64,000 nt of DNA, from the NCBI GenBank assembly GCA_965207225.1, contig CBDBLV010000005.1, positions 1,856,001 through 1,920,000 on the forward strand, in the 5' to 3' direction. This document shows positions 1 through 9,942 of this stretch, in pieces; position 1 is the first letter of the stretch; each line of letters starts with the position of its first letter. This stretch comes from Dehalococcoidia bacterium (lineage in GTDB: Bacteria; Chloroflexota; Dehalococcoidia; Plut-88900). A model generated the notes under the pieces. It was not told the origin of the DNA. It saw nothing but the letters and a program-made list of their open reading frames with translations, and did no database searches. Position numbers and translations under genes: made by a program.

Positions 1-105
1 GTGCGAAAAACAGCGGTGGGTGATGATGGAACGCATCTTTATCCGGTCGATTAATCGTTGCCTGAGCTAAGGGCCCCGAGCTATCAATCCAAAAGGCGGA
101 GCACG

Positions 106-795
106 TTGAATACTGATTCTCTGATAACTCTTCTGGACTCCCTGCACTCCGGCGCCTACGCCGTATCCCTAGACCAAACAATTATGTTTTGGAATCGGTC
201 AGCGGAGCGTATCCTGGGACTCCGGTCTCGAGAAGTCGTAGGGCGGCGGTGTTACGATGTGCTGCAGGGCACGACGTCGGGTAGTTTGACTCCCGAGTGT
301 GTCGGGGGATGCCCTTCTATTCGGTATCTGCGTGCCGGCTTGGTGCCAGCCACAACGAGATTGAGGATGCTAACGGCCTCGGGCGAGCGGAAATGGGTGT
401 ACGTGACACCATTGGTAATTGGGGGCGCGCTCAGAGATGCACCTGTAGTGGTCCACTTATTTGACGACAGCGCGGAATCGGAGGGGCTGGACAAGGCAAA
501 GGATATCTTCAGAGACACTCTGACGGAGAGCGGGTCAGAAGTGCTGTCTTATCAGCCGCCTGCCTCAGTCGCGGCAGGAGAGGGGTCTGACCTGTCTCGT
601 CGTGAATTGGAAGTTCTGCGCCTGGTGGCCCTGGGATGGGAAACTCCGAGGATTGCCACGGACCTAGGGATCAGCCGACACACGGTACGCAACCACATAC
701 GGAATCTGCGTCACAAACTCAATGCGCCCACCAAGCTGGACGCGGTGGTTAAGGGAATTCGCATGGGGATTCTGCCCATGGGCAGACAGTCCTAG
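106..795 (+). CDS. PAS-domain LuxR-family transcriptional regulator
   Basis: N-terminal PAS (FWNRSAERILG..EVVGRRCY) and C-terminal LuxR HTH (LSRRELEVLRLVALG..IATDLGISRHTVRNHIRN); TTG at 106 after GGAG chosen as start. Confidence 0.85.
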   Translation: MNTDSLITLLDSLHSGAYAVSLDQTIMFWNRSAERILGLRSREVVGRRCYDVLQGTTSGSLTPECVGGCPSIRYLRAGLVPATTRLRMLTASGERKWVYVTPLVIGGALRDAPVVVHLFDDSAESEGLDKAKDIFRDTLTESGSEVLSYQPPASVAAGEGSDLSRRELEVLRLVALGWETPRIATDLGISRHTVRNHIRNLRHKLNAPTKLDAVVKGIRMGILPMGRQS

Positions 796-1023
796 CAATA
801 CATGCCCTTTAGCTGCGAAGCCACGGGTTCGGTGGCTGGCAACCGGAACGTCTCCGCCAACAATCTATGGATGAATGCGGCACTGTTTTCGCGGGAGGCC
901 GGGCCGTCACGAGGACCCCGAGCAGAGTGAACTACCAACTCGACGACTTCAGCCCGCTGTCATAGGCTCGTCTGCAGCAAGTCAGCCGCTCTTCTGCATG
1001 GCCTTGTGTTGCGGTCAATCCGC

Positions 1024-1051
1024 TTGACGCTTCTCTCTGTTTCCTTAGAAT
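1024..1051 (+). promoter_or_regulatory. Putative sigma70 promoter of ppcA
   Basis: TTGACG-16 nt-TAGAAT. Confidence 0.5.
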
Positions 1052-1111
1052 TGCGCTAGTCCAGATTGAACGACCCAAAGCCCCAGGATAGTGCCCCAGG
1101 AGGGAAATCCC

Positions 1112-2590
1112 GTGTTCTTTGTTCCCAAGGTGATGAGCACGCAACACCCCGACAATGCGGCCCCCGCGCCCTTTGCGGATGAGGAAGGGGTGCTGAGGGC
1201 CAATGGAGAGGTAAACGAAGCGTTCCAAATCTTCTCGTTGGGGTGCGATGAGCAGATGTGGGACTCGGAGGGGAAGGAGGCCGACAATCACGTCGTCCAG
1301 AAGCTGCTAACGGGGTACCCGGAGTTTTTCAGAGAGAGGCGGCGCCTGGGTCGGGACGTTGCGCTCACACTACGAGTCCCCAACCCGGGCATAGAGAGGG
1401 ACATGCGTAAGTCGATGGTGGAGGCTCTGCAGAGCGTACCCTCGGCGTGGGACATTGCGCATAGCTTCTACGGCGAAATCGGGGACGATTCGGCACCAAT
1501 TCAAGAGGTGATACTGCCGTTTACAACATCTGCAGAAGAGATCTCGCTGGTAGAGGCGTACTATCGGAACATAATCGTTGGGCAGGAGGGGCAGACGCTG
1601 CCCAATGGCAACCTGGTAAAGGACTGGGTGGGGGAGTTTTATCCGAAATGCCTGCGAGTCATTCCCCTGATCGAAGACATGGAGCACCTGTTCAACTGCG
1701 ACCGCATCCTGGAGGAGTACCTGGAAGGAAGGGACTTGCCGGGTCAGAGGGTGTTCTTGGCCCGCAGCGATCCTGCGCTCAACTACGGCATAGTTGCTGC
1801 GGAACTGGTGCTGAAAGTGGCGCTGGTGCGGCTGCGAGAACTGGAGACGCGTATCGGGGTGCCGTTCTTTCCGATAATCGGGGCGGGGTCGGTGCCTTTC
1901 AGGGGCCATTTGACGCCGATAAACGTAGAGAGGGCGTTGAGGGAGTATCCGAGCGCGTACACGTTCACGGTCCAGTCCGCCTTCAAGTATGACTACGACA
2001 TGGAAGAGGTGAAGAGGGGAATCGACCAGCTCCGGGAGCACAGACCCTGGGAGCCCGTGCCGGTAGATGAGGAACGAGCCATGCGGGTGATTGACAAAAC
2101 GACTGCGGAGTACCAGGAGCGAGTTCGCGACTTGCTGGAAGTTATCAGCACAGTGGCGGGACACGTGCCAAGACGACGGGAGAGGAAACTGCACGTGGGG
2201 CTGTTCGGGTACGGGAGGTCGTTGGGAGGGTTTGGTGGAGCTACGCTGCCTCGGGCGATAGGCTTTGCGGCCTCTCTGTATTCAATAGGGGTACCCCCGG
2301 AGCTGCTGGGGCTTGCGGCCCTGGACGAGGATGACCTTGCGTTCGTACGGGAGACCTGTCCGAGCCTTGACGAGGACTTGCGGGCAGCACTGCGGTTCGC
2401 CAACGAACGGCATGTAATGGAGCTGCTCGGCGAGGGCTACATGCGGATAGTGGCGCAGTTCACGGACGAGCTGGACCGGGTCCACGAGGGATTGACGGGG
2501 GCAGTCTGGGCGGGCATCAGCGGGGATGCGCCGGTGAACATCCAGAACTACGTGCAGGAAGCCGCACACCTAAGGCGCTTCCTGGGGTGA
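1112..2590 (+). CDS. ppcA: Archaeal-type phosphoenolpyruvate carboxylase
   Basis: About 490 aa; PKVMSTQHPDN, MWDSEGK, FLARSDPALNYG, GSVPFRG, TVQSAFKYD, LPRAIGFAASLYSIGVPPE; GTG start after AGGAGG. Confidence 0.9.
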   Translation: MFFVPKVMSTQHPDNAAPAPFADEEGVLRANGEVNEAFQIFSLGCDEQMWDSEGKEADNHVVQKLLTGYPEFFRERRRLGRDVALTLRVPNPGIERDMRKSMVEALQSVPSAWDIAHSFYGEIGDDSAPIQEVILPFTTSAEEISLVEAYYRNIIVGQEGQTLPNGNLVKDWVGEFYPKCLRVIPLIEDMEHLFNCDRILEEYLEGRDLPGQRVFLARSDPALNYGIVAAELVLKVALVRLRELETRIGVPFFPIIGAGSVPFRGHLTPINVERALREYPSAYTFTVQSAFKYDYDMEEVKRGIDQLREHRPWEPVPVDEERAMRVIDKTTAEYQERVRDLLEVISTVAGHVPRRRERKLHVGLFGYGRSLGGFGGATLPRAIGFAASLYSIGVPPELLGLAALDEDDLAFVRETCPSLDEDLRAALRFANERHVMELLGEGYMRIVAQFTDELDRVHEGLTGAVWAGISGDAPVNIQNYVQEAAHLRRFLG

Positions 2591-2632
2591 AGGGGCCGGA
2601 GATCAACCATCGTTAGTCGCCCCGCCAAAGTA

Positions 2633-3106
2633 GTGGTGGTCCTGGCAACCACGGTTATGGTTGCTATGGGGTGTAATGCAGCCCCGAAAGGCGAGGGGCT
2701 CGTCGCGACGGCTGAACTACGCTCGGGGCGAGAGACATTCGCATCGGTGTGCGCGGCCTGCCACGGGGTCGGGGGAGAGGGCCAAGCCGACTGGCATATC
2801 CGCAAGCCGGACGGGACACTGCCAGCGCCACCGCTCAACGGCGAAGGTCATACATGGCACCACGGCGATGGCCTCCTATATCGCATAGTCAACGAGGGCG
2901 GGCAACTCTGGGAAGACCCGGACATACCCCAGTTCAAAAGCGGGATGCCCGCATTCGGCGGGCAGCTGTCTCACGAGGAGATAGTTGACGTAATTGAATA
3001 CGTCAAAAGCCTCTGGGCTGATAAGGAAGTACGTGACGTATCGATTATCGAGCACCAAGCCCTAATGAGCGAGACTGACCCTTTCCCTACGGCTAACGCC
3101 CAGTAA
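2633..3106 (+). CDS. Mono-haem cytochrome c lipoprotein
   Basis: Hydrophobic N-terminus with lipobox-like AMGC, CAACH haem motif, PAPPLNGEGHTWHH, distal MPAF. Confidence 0.85.
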   Translation: MVVLATTVMVAMGCNAAPKGEGLVATAELRSGRETFASVCAACHGVGGEGQADWHIRKPDGTLPAPPLNGEGHTWHHGDGLLYRIVNEGGQLWEDPDIPQFKSGMPAFGGQLSHEEIVDVIEYVKSLWADKEVRDVSIIEHQALMSETDPFPTANAQ

Positions 3107-3174
3107 CGATCTCAATGGCATTGTGCCCTTAGAGTTGTTGCTGTCAGTCAGCATTGACCGGCGTTCAATTCCTT

Positions 3175-5382
3175 CTAGGCAGGTCCTGCGACGGCGCCTT
3201 CTTCCTCTTCCACTAGCATCTCTCCCTGAATAGCACCGGGCGGGGGCTCCAAGGGGAGGTCAACAATCATGGTGGTGCCGACCCCGTCCTCGGTTTCCAC
3301 CCGAATGGAGCCGCCGTGTCGTCTCACGATGTCGTTGGAAATTGCCAAGCCCAAGCCGGTGCCCTGGTCTGTGGGCTTGGTAGTGAAGAACGGATTGAAG
3401 ATCTTCTCCACGACGTCGGGAGGCATGCCGGTGCCGTTGTCTCCTATGCGAACTTCTATTCCGTCTTCTTTGCGCCTAGTCGTCAGCGACAGTATTGGAG
3501 CGTATCCACTTTCGGCTTCCCCATTCCCCTGGGCGGCGCGGCGCCGTTGATCAGTGGCGTAACAGGCATTGCTCACCATGTTTAGAAATACACGGCCGAG
3601 TTCCTGGGGAACTGCTTCTATGGTTCCGACTGCAGGATCGTAGTCCTCCTTGATTTCAACCTGGAAATCCTGGTTGGTGCCACGGGCGCTGTGGTATGCA
3701 AGCCGAGAGTGCTGTTCCAGCAGGGCGTTGATGTCGGTAGGCTGCCAGTCTCCGGAGTCTCTGCCCATGCGCAGCATGTCGTGGACTATGCGATTGGCAC
3801 GTTCGCCGTGGGAGCGGATCCGGGTGACGTTGCTGGTAAGGTCGCCGGTAATCTCTTCGACGAGGTCTCGCTGCTCGTCTGGCAGCACTACACCTTCTTC
3901 TTCCAGGATCTCCTTCAGCTCATCGATCAACTCTCCCGAGGCCTCCGAGAAGTTGTTAACGAAATTCAACGGGTTCCGGATCTCGTGGGCGACGCCTGCG
4001 GTGAGTTCACCAAGGGCTGCGAGCTTTTCCCTCATCACGATCTGGTCCTGGGCCTTCTGGAGCTGGGCCAGGACGCCTTCCAGTTCTTCGTTCTTGTCCT
4101 GGAGCTGGTTGGCCAGCTTTTCCACCTCGTTGAGGCGGATGGCTTCGAGGGCATGGCGTCGGAAGACTTCCAGGGCGGCGGCCATGTCGGCCACTTCGTC
4201 CTTGCCCTTGATTTCGACCTGGGCCTCAAGGTCACCCTGGGCCATACGCCGCATCCAGCTTGAGAGCAATCCGATGCGGCGCATAAGAGATCTGCCGATG
4301 AAGAGCCAGATAATGAGCAGTGCCCCGACGATACTGAATGCACTAATCACCAGAAGCAATGTCCTGCCCGTGAAGATTGCCTGGGTAGAGGCGGCCGTTG
4401 CGGTGGCGGCGCTGGCCTCGGCGGCGCTTACGAGGCTGTCGACTTCGTCAATGAGATCGACGGAGATCTCCCGGTTGAAACCGAGGAGTCCCGCTTGCAA
4501 GTCGGCGATTTCCAGCTCTCGGGCGAAGACGTTGAAGATGCTCTCCTCGCTGGTGCCCAGCTCGAAGAGCCTAGTGTAGATTGGTGAAGCCTCATCGTAG
4601 AAGTCCAGAGCCCTCTGGGCCTGGAGGTTGCGGTCTATCCTCTCTACGGCGGCCTCAAACCTTTCCCTGAGCGGTTCTATGAATGATTCGTCGGAAAGGG
4701 TGAAGGCGTTGGCAAGGAGCTCGGTGGCGATATTGGTGTCGGCCTGCAGCTCAGAAAGGCGCCGGTATGTGTTTACCTGGTCCTCTGAAAGATGTACGGA
4801 CCGGGAGGCCGGGGATTCATCTACGGCGACATGTCCCGTGAGTACGAAGAATAGCTGATCGTCAATGGCGGGCGACAAGAGGTCATCCAACCGGCTACGC
4901 AGACTGGTGAGTTCTTCCTGCAGAGCCTGCCTTTGTTGAGCCAACTGGAAAACCTCGGCCATACTGAACTTGAGGTCATCGATGTTGGATTTCAGGGTGT
5001 CGCCGTGAGCCCTGATGACGTCTGCCCGGTCCTGGCCTGCGCTTTCGCTTCCCTCCAGGACGGTCACCTGCTCCTCAAACAGGAGAAAGGTATGGTCGAT
5101 ATTGCTGGCGCTGACGGCCAGTTCTCGGGGGTCGGTGGCGGTGGTGAGGCTAGGGGCGGCGGCGACGAGGGTGCCGCTGTACTGTGCGACCTCGAAAGCG
5201 GCGGCAAGCTCCGGCACGCTGCCCTCGTTCACACGGCTTTGCACCTCTCCCACCCTGTTAAAGGAAAACCAGCCCACCAGACTGGCCGCAATGGTGAGCA
5301 TCACAGCCCCGCCGATGGCGAGATATAGTTGGGTTGATATTCTGAACCGGAGGGCCAAGGCCCTTTTTAGTAGCTCGACCAC
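3175..5382 (-). CDS. TorS-like membrane sensor histidine kinase (helical extracellular domain, HAMP, HisKA, HATPase)
   Basis: Two TM segments, HAMP (DEVADMAAALEVFR), H-box AGVAHEIRNPLNF, N-box NMVSNA, DNGTGM, FFTTK, GTGLGL. Confidence 0.9.
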   Translation of the reverse strand: MVELLKRALALRFRISTQLYLAIGGAVMLTIAASLVGWFSFNRVGEVQSRVNEGSVPELAAAFEVAQYSGTLVAAAPSLTTATDPRELAVSASNIDHTFLLFEEQVTVLEGSESAGQDRADVIRAHGDTLKSNIDDLKFSMAEVFQLAQQRQALQEELTSLRSRLDDLLSPAIDDQLFFVLTGHVAVDESPASRSVHLSEDQVNTYRRLSELQADTNIATELLANAFTLSDESFIEPLRERFEAAVERIDRNLQAQRALDFYDEASPIYTRLFELGTSEESIFNVFARELEIADLQAGLLGFNREISVDLIDEVDSLVSAAEASAATATAASTQAIFTGRTLLLVISAFSIVGALLIIWLFIGRSLMRRIGLLSSWMRRMAQGDLEAQVEIKGKDEVADMAAALEVFRRHALEAIRLNEVEKLANQLQDKNEELEGVLAQLQKAQDQIVMREKLAALGELTAGVAHEIRNPLNFVNNFSEASGELIDELKEILEEEGVVLPDEQRDLVEEITGDLTSNVTRIRSHGERANRIVHDMLRMGRDSGDWQPTDINALLEQHSRLAYHSARGTNQDFQVEIKEDYDPAVGTIEAVPQELGRVFLNMVSNACYATDQRRRAAQGNGEAESGYAPILSLTTRRKEDGIEVRIGDNGTGMPPDVVEKIFNPFFTTKPTDQGTGLGLAISNDIVRRHGGSIRVETEDGVGTTMIVDLPLEPPPGAIQGEMLVEEEEGAVAGPA

Positions 5383-6644
5383 TCTTTCGCCTCACTCAGT
5401 GTGTCCACGGCATGATACGCTCCGTCGGCGCCTATCACCGTGAGGAACACCTTGTCTGAGCCCTGGTTATCCCCGGGGCCGAACCGCAGCTCGAACCCTT
5501 CCAGGTCTATCCTTTCGGAACCAAGGATGCTGTTTACGAAACATTGCCTGTCCACGTCCCTGCCGCACATTTCTAGGCCAGCTATGGCCATGCGACCGGC
5601 GAGATATCCCTCAAGCGATACAAATCCCGGAGAGGTGCCGGGTTGATAGGCGTCGAGGGCGCTCTGATAGGAAGCGACGACGGGCAGGGAGGAGTCCCAG
5701 GGAAAGGGTACGACCTGGGTGACGATCACCCCGGCTCCATCGCTTCCGAGTTCCTGCTGAAGTGCGTTACTGCCGACAAAGGATACGTTCAGGTACATGG
5801 CGTCAAGGCCGAGGTGGCGACCCCAGAGAATCAACTGGGCACAGGGTTCATAGGCGCCGATCATAATTACGGCCTCGGGCTCGCCCTCCATCAGATCGAG
5901 CAGGGCCGTCTTTACGGCGGTAGTGTTGCGCTGGTAGAGGCCCACGGCCACGGGTTCCATCCCGTGGGGCTCCAAGGCGGCCAGGACTCCGCGATACCCG
6001 CTTCGGCCATAGGAGTCGTCCTGGTACATCACGCCGATCCTGGTGATACTCAGGTCTTCCATCAACCGGGCCACCATCTCCGCCGTTTCCTGCTGGTAGG
6101 ACGAGCGGAGGTTGATGATGTTCTGCCATCCGGGGTCCCGAAGGAAGCCTGCGCCCGTGAAAGGGCCTATGAAGGGTACGCTGGCCAGGGCGGCAATCGG
6201 GGTGGCGGAGCGGGAGGTCGGAGTGCCTACTTCACCGATGAGAGCGAAGACGTTGTCCTCTTCAATCAGCCTGGTAGTGTTGGCAATCGAGGCCTCGGGT
6301 TCGTAGGAATCGTTGTAGGAGACCAACTCGAGCCGGCGTCCGTGGACTCCGCCATTGGCGTTGGCCTCGGCGAAGGCGGCCTCGATACCGAGGCGCATGT
6401 TTATGCCCAGTTCCTGAGCGGGCCCTTCAAACGCTGCGGACTGGCCAAAGAGCACGCTGTCCTCCGAGACGCCGGTGATAACTGCTTCAACGGGTGGGAT
6501 GGTGGGAGTCGGGGAGCTGTCAACGCTGCCGTTGGGGCCGGCACCATTCTGCGAGTCTCCGCAGGCCGCGATCACGAGCAGCATCGCAGCGATCAAGAGA
6601 AGCACGGCCATGAAGCGACGGCGGGTGTCAGGCAGGGTGCTCAT
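5367..6644 (-). CDS. Type-1 (Leu/Ile/Val-like) solute-binding lipoprotein
   Basis: Lipobox IAAC, FGQSAAFEGPA, NANGGVHGRRLELV, ALIGEVGT, FVSLEGY. Confidence 0.85.
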   Translation of the reverse strand: MSTLPDTRRRFMAVLLLIAAMLLVIAACGDSQNGAGPNGSVDSSPTPTIPPVEAVITGVSEDSVLFGQSAAFEGPAQELGINMRLGIEAAFAEANANGGVHGRRLELVSYNDSYEPEASIANTTRLIEEDNVFALIGEVGTPTSRSATPIAALASVPFIGPFTGAGFLRDPGWQNIINLRSSYQQETAEMVARLMEDLSITRIGVMYQDDSYGRSGYRGVLAALEPHGMEPVAVGLYQRNTTAVKTALLDLMEGEPEAVIMIGAYEPCAQLILWGRHLGLDAMYLNVSFVGSNALQQELGSDGAGVIVTQVVPFPWDSSLPVVASYQSALDAYQPGTSPGFVSLEGYLAGRMAIAGLEMCGRDVDRQCFVNSILGSERIDLEGFELRFGPGDNQGSDKVFLTVIGADGAYHAVDTLSEAKEWSSY

Positions 6645-6701
6645 GATTGCGCGCTTGCTTAGTCGAGACGTGTACGATTTCCGAGGGCTTTAGCATTGGG
6701 A

Positions 6702-7883
6702 TCAAACCTTGAAGCACCCCAGAGTCAAACAGGTTATATCATCGAACTGGGGGGCATCCTGGGCGAAGTCGACCACGGCTTTGACAACCTCCATCCCCAC
6801 CTCTTCCGCGTCGGCGGGCGGCGCCTCGGTAAAGATACTCCGCACCCTGTTGATGCCAAGCTGGATGCCATCCATGTTCATTGCCTCGGTGACGCCGTCG
6901 GTGTAAAGGACTATGGTGTCGCCGGGCGACAGTTGGACGGTTTCCTGTTGATAATCGAAGTCTGGGAGAATGCCGAGAGCGATACCGTTGGTCAGGGGCA
7001 GAAGGGTGGAGGTGCCGTCGCTGCGGACGAGGAGGGGGGCGTCGTGGCCGCCGCTGGAATAGGTAAAGGTCCTGGTTGTCGGGTTGTATATGGCGTAGAG
7101 CATCGTCACGAACATCTGGGCGCTGTTATCCTCGTGGAGGAGGTTGTTTACCTCGGAGAGCACGGCACCCGGCCCCTCGACCCCGATGGCGGCGCCCTTC
7201 AAGAGGGTTCGGCTGGACATCATAAACAGGGCAGCGGGAACTCCTTTTCCAGAGACGTCAGCTATGGCCAGCCCGACCTGTTCACCTTGCAGTCGCATCA
7301 CATCGAAAAAGTCTCCTCCCACTTCCCTGGCGGGCTGCATGGTACCGAACACCTTGTAGGTATCTGAAGATGGGAAGGAAGTGGGGAGAATTGACTGCTG
7401 CATGGTGCTGGCGACTTCGAGCTCATTCTGGATGGCAACCAGCTTGTCTCGGGCATTGAGGGCTTCTCGAAGCTCTTCGACATGCTGAAGGGTGCGGTCT
7501 ATGGTGAAGCGGAGGTCGTCGAAGTCCACAGGCTTGGTTACGAAGTCGAAGGCGCCGCGGTTCATGGCGGTGCGGATGTTCTTCATGTCCCCGTAAGCGG
7601 AGATAATGACTGACCTCAAGTTGGGGCTGACCTTGGGTATCTGATCCAGCAGCGTGAGCCCGTCCATCCGGGGCATATTGATATCGGACAGGACCATGTC
7701 GATGTCCGGGTCCGCTTCGAGCATTTGGAGGGCCTCGACGCCGTCCCGGGCGAAGGTCATCTTGTAGCGACCCGAGCGGATGTCCCGACGCATGCGCTGG
7801 AGCATGAGGGGTTCAAGGTCGGGCTCGTCGTCGACGACCAGGATGTTGTAAGTTTTCGGCTTATCGTCGGAAGTCATGGCCAA
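6702..7883 (-). CDS. Receiver domain + PP2C/SpoIIE serine phosphatase (RsbU-like)
   Basis: ILVVDDE, SDINMPRMDG, FVTKP; EVGGDFFD, IADVSGKGVPAA, YTDGVTEA, DDIT. Confidence 0.9.
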   Translation of the reverse strand: MAMTSDDKPKTYNILVVDDEPDLEPLMLQRMRRDIRSGRYKMTFARDGVEALQMLEADPDIDMVLSDINMPRMDGLTLLDQIPKVSPNLRSVIISAYGDMKNIRTAMNRGAFDFVTKPVDFDDLRFTIDRTLQHVEELREALNARDKLVAIQNELEVASTMQQSILPTSFPSSDTYKVFGTMQPAREVGGDFFDVMRLQGEQVGLAIADVSGKGVPAALFMMSSRTLLKGAAIGVEGPGAVLSEVNNLLHEDNSAQMFVTMLYAIYNPTTRTFTYSSGGHDAPLLVRSDGTSTLLPLTNGIALGILPDFDYQQETVQLSPGDTIVLYTDGVTEAMNMDGIQLGINRVRSIFTEAPPADAEEVGMEVVKAVVDFAQDAPQFDDITCLTLGCFKV

Positions 7884-8202
7884 TGCAGGTCACGGGCGGG
7901 AGCGCGTGAGCCTTTCAACTACGTAATCTGCCCTTAGTTTCGGCGTCAGGCTTGACGTTTATCTCCCTTGCTTGGTCGGACGATCCCCGGCACTCGGACT
8001 CGGGCTGCATGGGTGAGGGCTGGGAAATTTGAGGGACGCCACACACTTTAGCCGTGACAGTCTACAACATAGCCTTGAAGTGCGACAATCTGTAGCCATG
8101 CCAAGTGCAGTGATAGCATGTTGCGCGCCCGCAATCGAGAGTCTAGAGTTTCAGGGTGACGTAAAATCCGCGGTTTGCGGCCTCCGGGAAGGGAGCAAAA
8201 GG

Positions 8203-9750
8203 ATGAGATACGATCAAATCATCGTAGGTGCGGGGTCCGCGGGCGCTGCCCTGGCAGCGCGGCTTACCGAAGATGCCGACCGCTCGGTGCTGCTGCTGGA
8301 GGCAGGCGGGGACTTCCCGGAGTTCGAACGGATACCGGAAGAGGTCAGGCTGGCTTACGGAAGCAAGATCCCGGTGTGGGACTCCGACCACATCTGGAAT
8401 TTCAGTGCACGGGCCACGGATTTGGCGCGGATAGACATACCTCGGGGGAAGATTACGGGCGGGTCCAGCGGGGTAAATGGGGCGCAGTTCCTGAGGGGCG
8501 TCCGGGAGGACTATGACCGGTGGGCGGAGTGGGGAAACGAGGAATGGTCTTTTGAAAACGTTCTGCCCTACTTCAAGCGGATGGAGGCGGACCAGGACTA
8601 CCGTGACGACTACCATGGGAACGACGGGGCCATCATGTGCCGTCGTTATCCTGAGGAGGAGTGGCCTCTTCACGCCCACGCCTTCTACGAGGCGTGTCGG
8701 GATGCGGGCTTTCCGGACTGCCCCGACCACAACCGCCCGGACTCGACGGGCGTAGGGCCCCTGACGTTTAACATCATAGACGGGGTCCGGATGAGCACGA
8801 ACATTGGGTATCTCAATCCTGCGCGACACCGGCTGAACCTGACCCTCCGGGCCAATTGCCACGTGCACGGGATAATCTTTGATGGGAACCGGGCTGTGGG
8901 AGTACTTGTCATAAGCGGACGGGAGATGTTTTCGGTGTACGGTGATGAGATCGTACTGTGTGCGGGGGCGGTGGGGACGCCTCATATCCTGCTGCTGTCG
9001 GGGGTAGGGCCGGGGGGGCAGCTGAGAGAACTCGGGATTCCGGTGGTGCAGGACCTGCCGGGGGTGGGGAGAAATCTCCGGGACCATCCGGATGTTCCCC
9101 TATGCTGGATTACGAAGGAAGATTATCTGCTGGACGTGAACCAGACAACGTCGGGGACGGTGACACTGAGGTACACGGCGGAGGGCTCGCCTTTCGTAAA
9201 CGATATGATCGTCTATATGGCGAACTACCTGGCTGCAAGGCCCTTCCGGGGCCTGGATGAAAAGGACCCCGTGGGCATTGGGGCGAGCCAGTGCCTGTAC
9301 CTGGCGCTAAGCGAGGGGGAGTTGAGGCTGCAGTCTACAGACCCGAGGCAGCAGCCAATACTTGACTATAACCTCCTGGATGACCCCTTCGACCGGAAGA
9401 GGATGCGCGACGGGCTCAGGCTGTGCGATGAACTGTTCCGCCACAAGGCCTTCGGCGACATAGTCGAGAGACGGGCGGGGCCTTCAGATGAGGTTATGGA
9501 GTCGGACGAACTGCTTGATGAGTGGATGAAGGCGGAGGTGGTAACGGCGCATCACATCTCGAGCACGTGCAAAATGGGCCCGTCCAGCGATCCGCTGGCG
9601 GTGTGCGACCAGTATGGTCGGGTGTACGGGCTGGATGGACTGCGTATTGTCGACGCGTCGATCATGCCGGATACGGTGCGGGCCAACCTGAATGTCACGG
9701 TGATGACGATGGGAGAGAAAGTTGCGGATTTCATAAAGCAGGGCAGCTAG
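8203..9750 (+). CDS. GMC oxidoreductase (choline dehydrogenase/MftG-like)
   Basis: YDQIIVGAGSAG FAD motif, RGKITGGSSGVN, LPGVGRNLRDH, HISSTCKMG, LRIVDASIMP; ATG at 8203. Confidence 0.88.
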   Translation: MRYDQIIVGAGSAGAALAARLTEDADRSVLLLEAGGDFPEFERIPEEVRLAYGSKIPVWDSDHIWNFSARATDLARIDIPRGKITGGSSGVNGAQFLRGVREDYDRWAEWGNEEWSFENVLPYFKRMEADQDYRDDYHGNDGAIMCRRYPEEEWPLHAHAFYEACRDAGFPDCPDHNRPDSTGVGPLTFNIIDGVRMSTNIGYLNPARHRLNLTLRANCHVHGIIFDGNRAVGVLVISGREMFSVYGDEIVLCAGAVGTPHILLLSGVGPGGQLRELGIPVVQDLPGVGRNLRDHPDVPLCWITKEDYLLDVNQTTSGTVTLRYTAEGSPFVNDMIVYMANYLAARPFRGLDEKDPVGIGASQCLYLALSEGELRLQSTDPRQQPILDYNLLDDPFDRKRMRDGLRLCDELFRHKAFGDIVERRAGPSDEVMESDELLDEWMKAEVVTAHHISSTCKMGPSSDPLAVCDQYGRVYGLDGLRIVDASIMPDTVRANLNVTVMTMGEKVADFIKQGS

Positions 9751-9831
9751 AGAGTGATTCGCACCGGTTCGGAGGGACTGTTTACATAGAGGTAAACGAG
9801 GATGAACTGAAGGAATTTCAGAAATTTGTCG

Positions 9832-9860
9832 TTGACCGGGGTGGGGGGTGGGGCTATAAT
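9832..9860 (+). promoter_or_regulatory. sigma70 promoter of the pur operon
   Basis: TTGACC-17 nt-TATAAT. Confidence 0.75.
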
Positions 9861-9942
9861 CGGGGCGCGGGTCCCGACCCAGGAGTTTGAGGGAGAGACC
9901 GTATCCGAGACCTTCGTGACCGCATACCGGCATTGCGATCAG

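Noticed and set aside
8203-9750. Mycofactocin cluster
   Set aside because: The GMC enzyme is MftG-like, but no mftA-F genes are present in the window.
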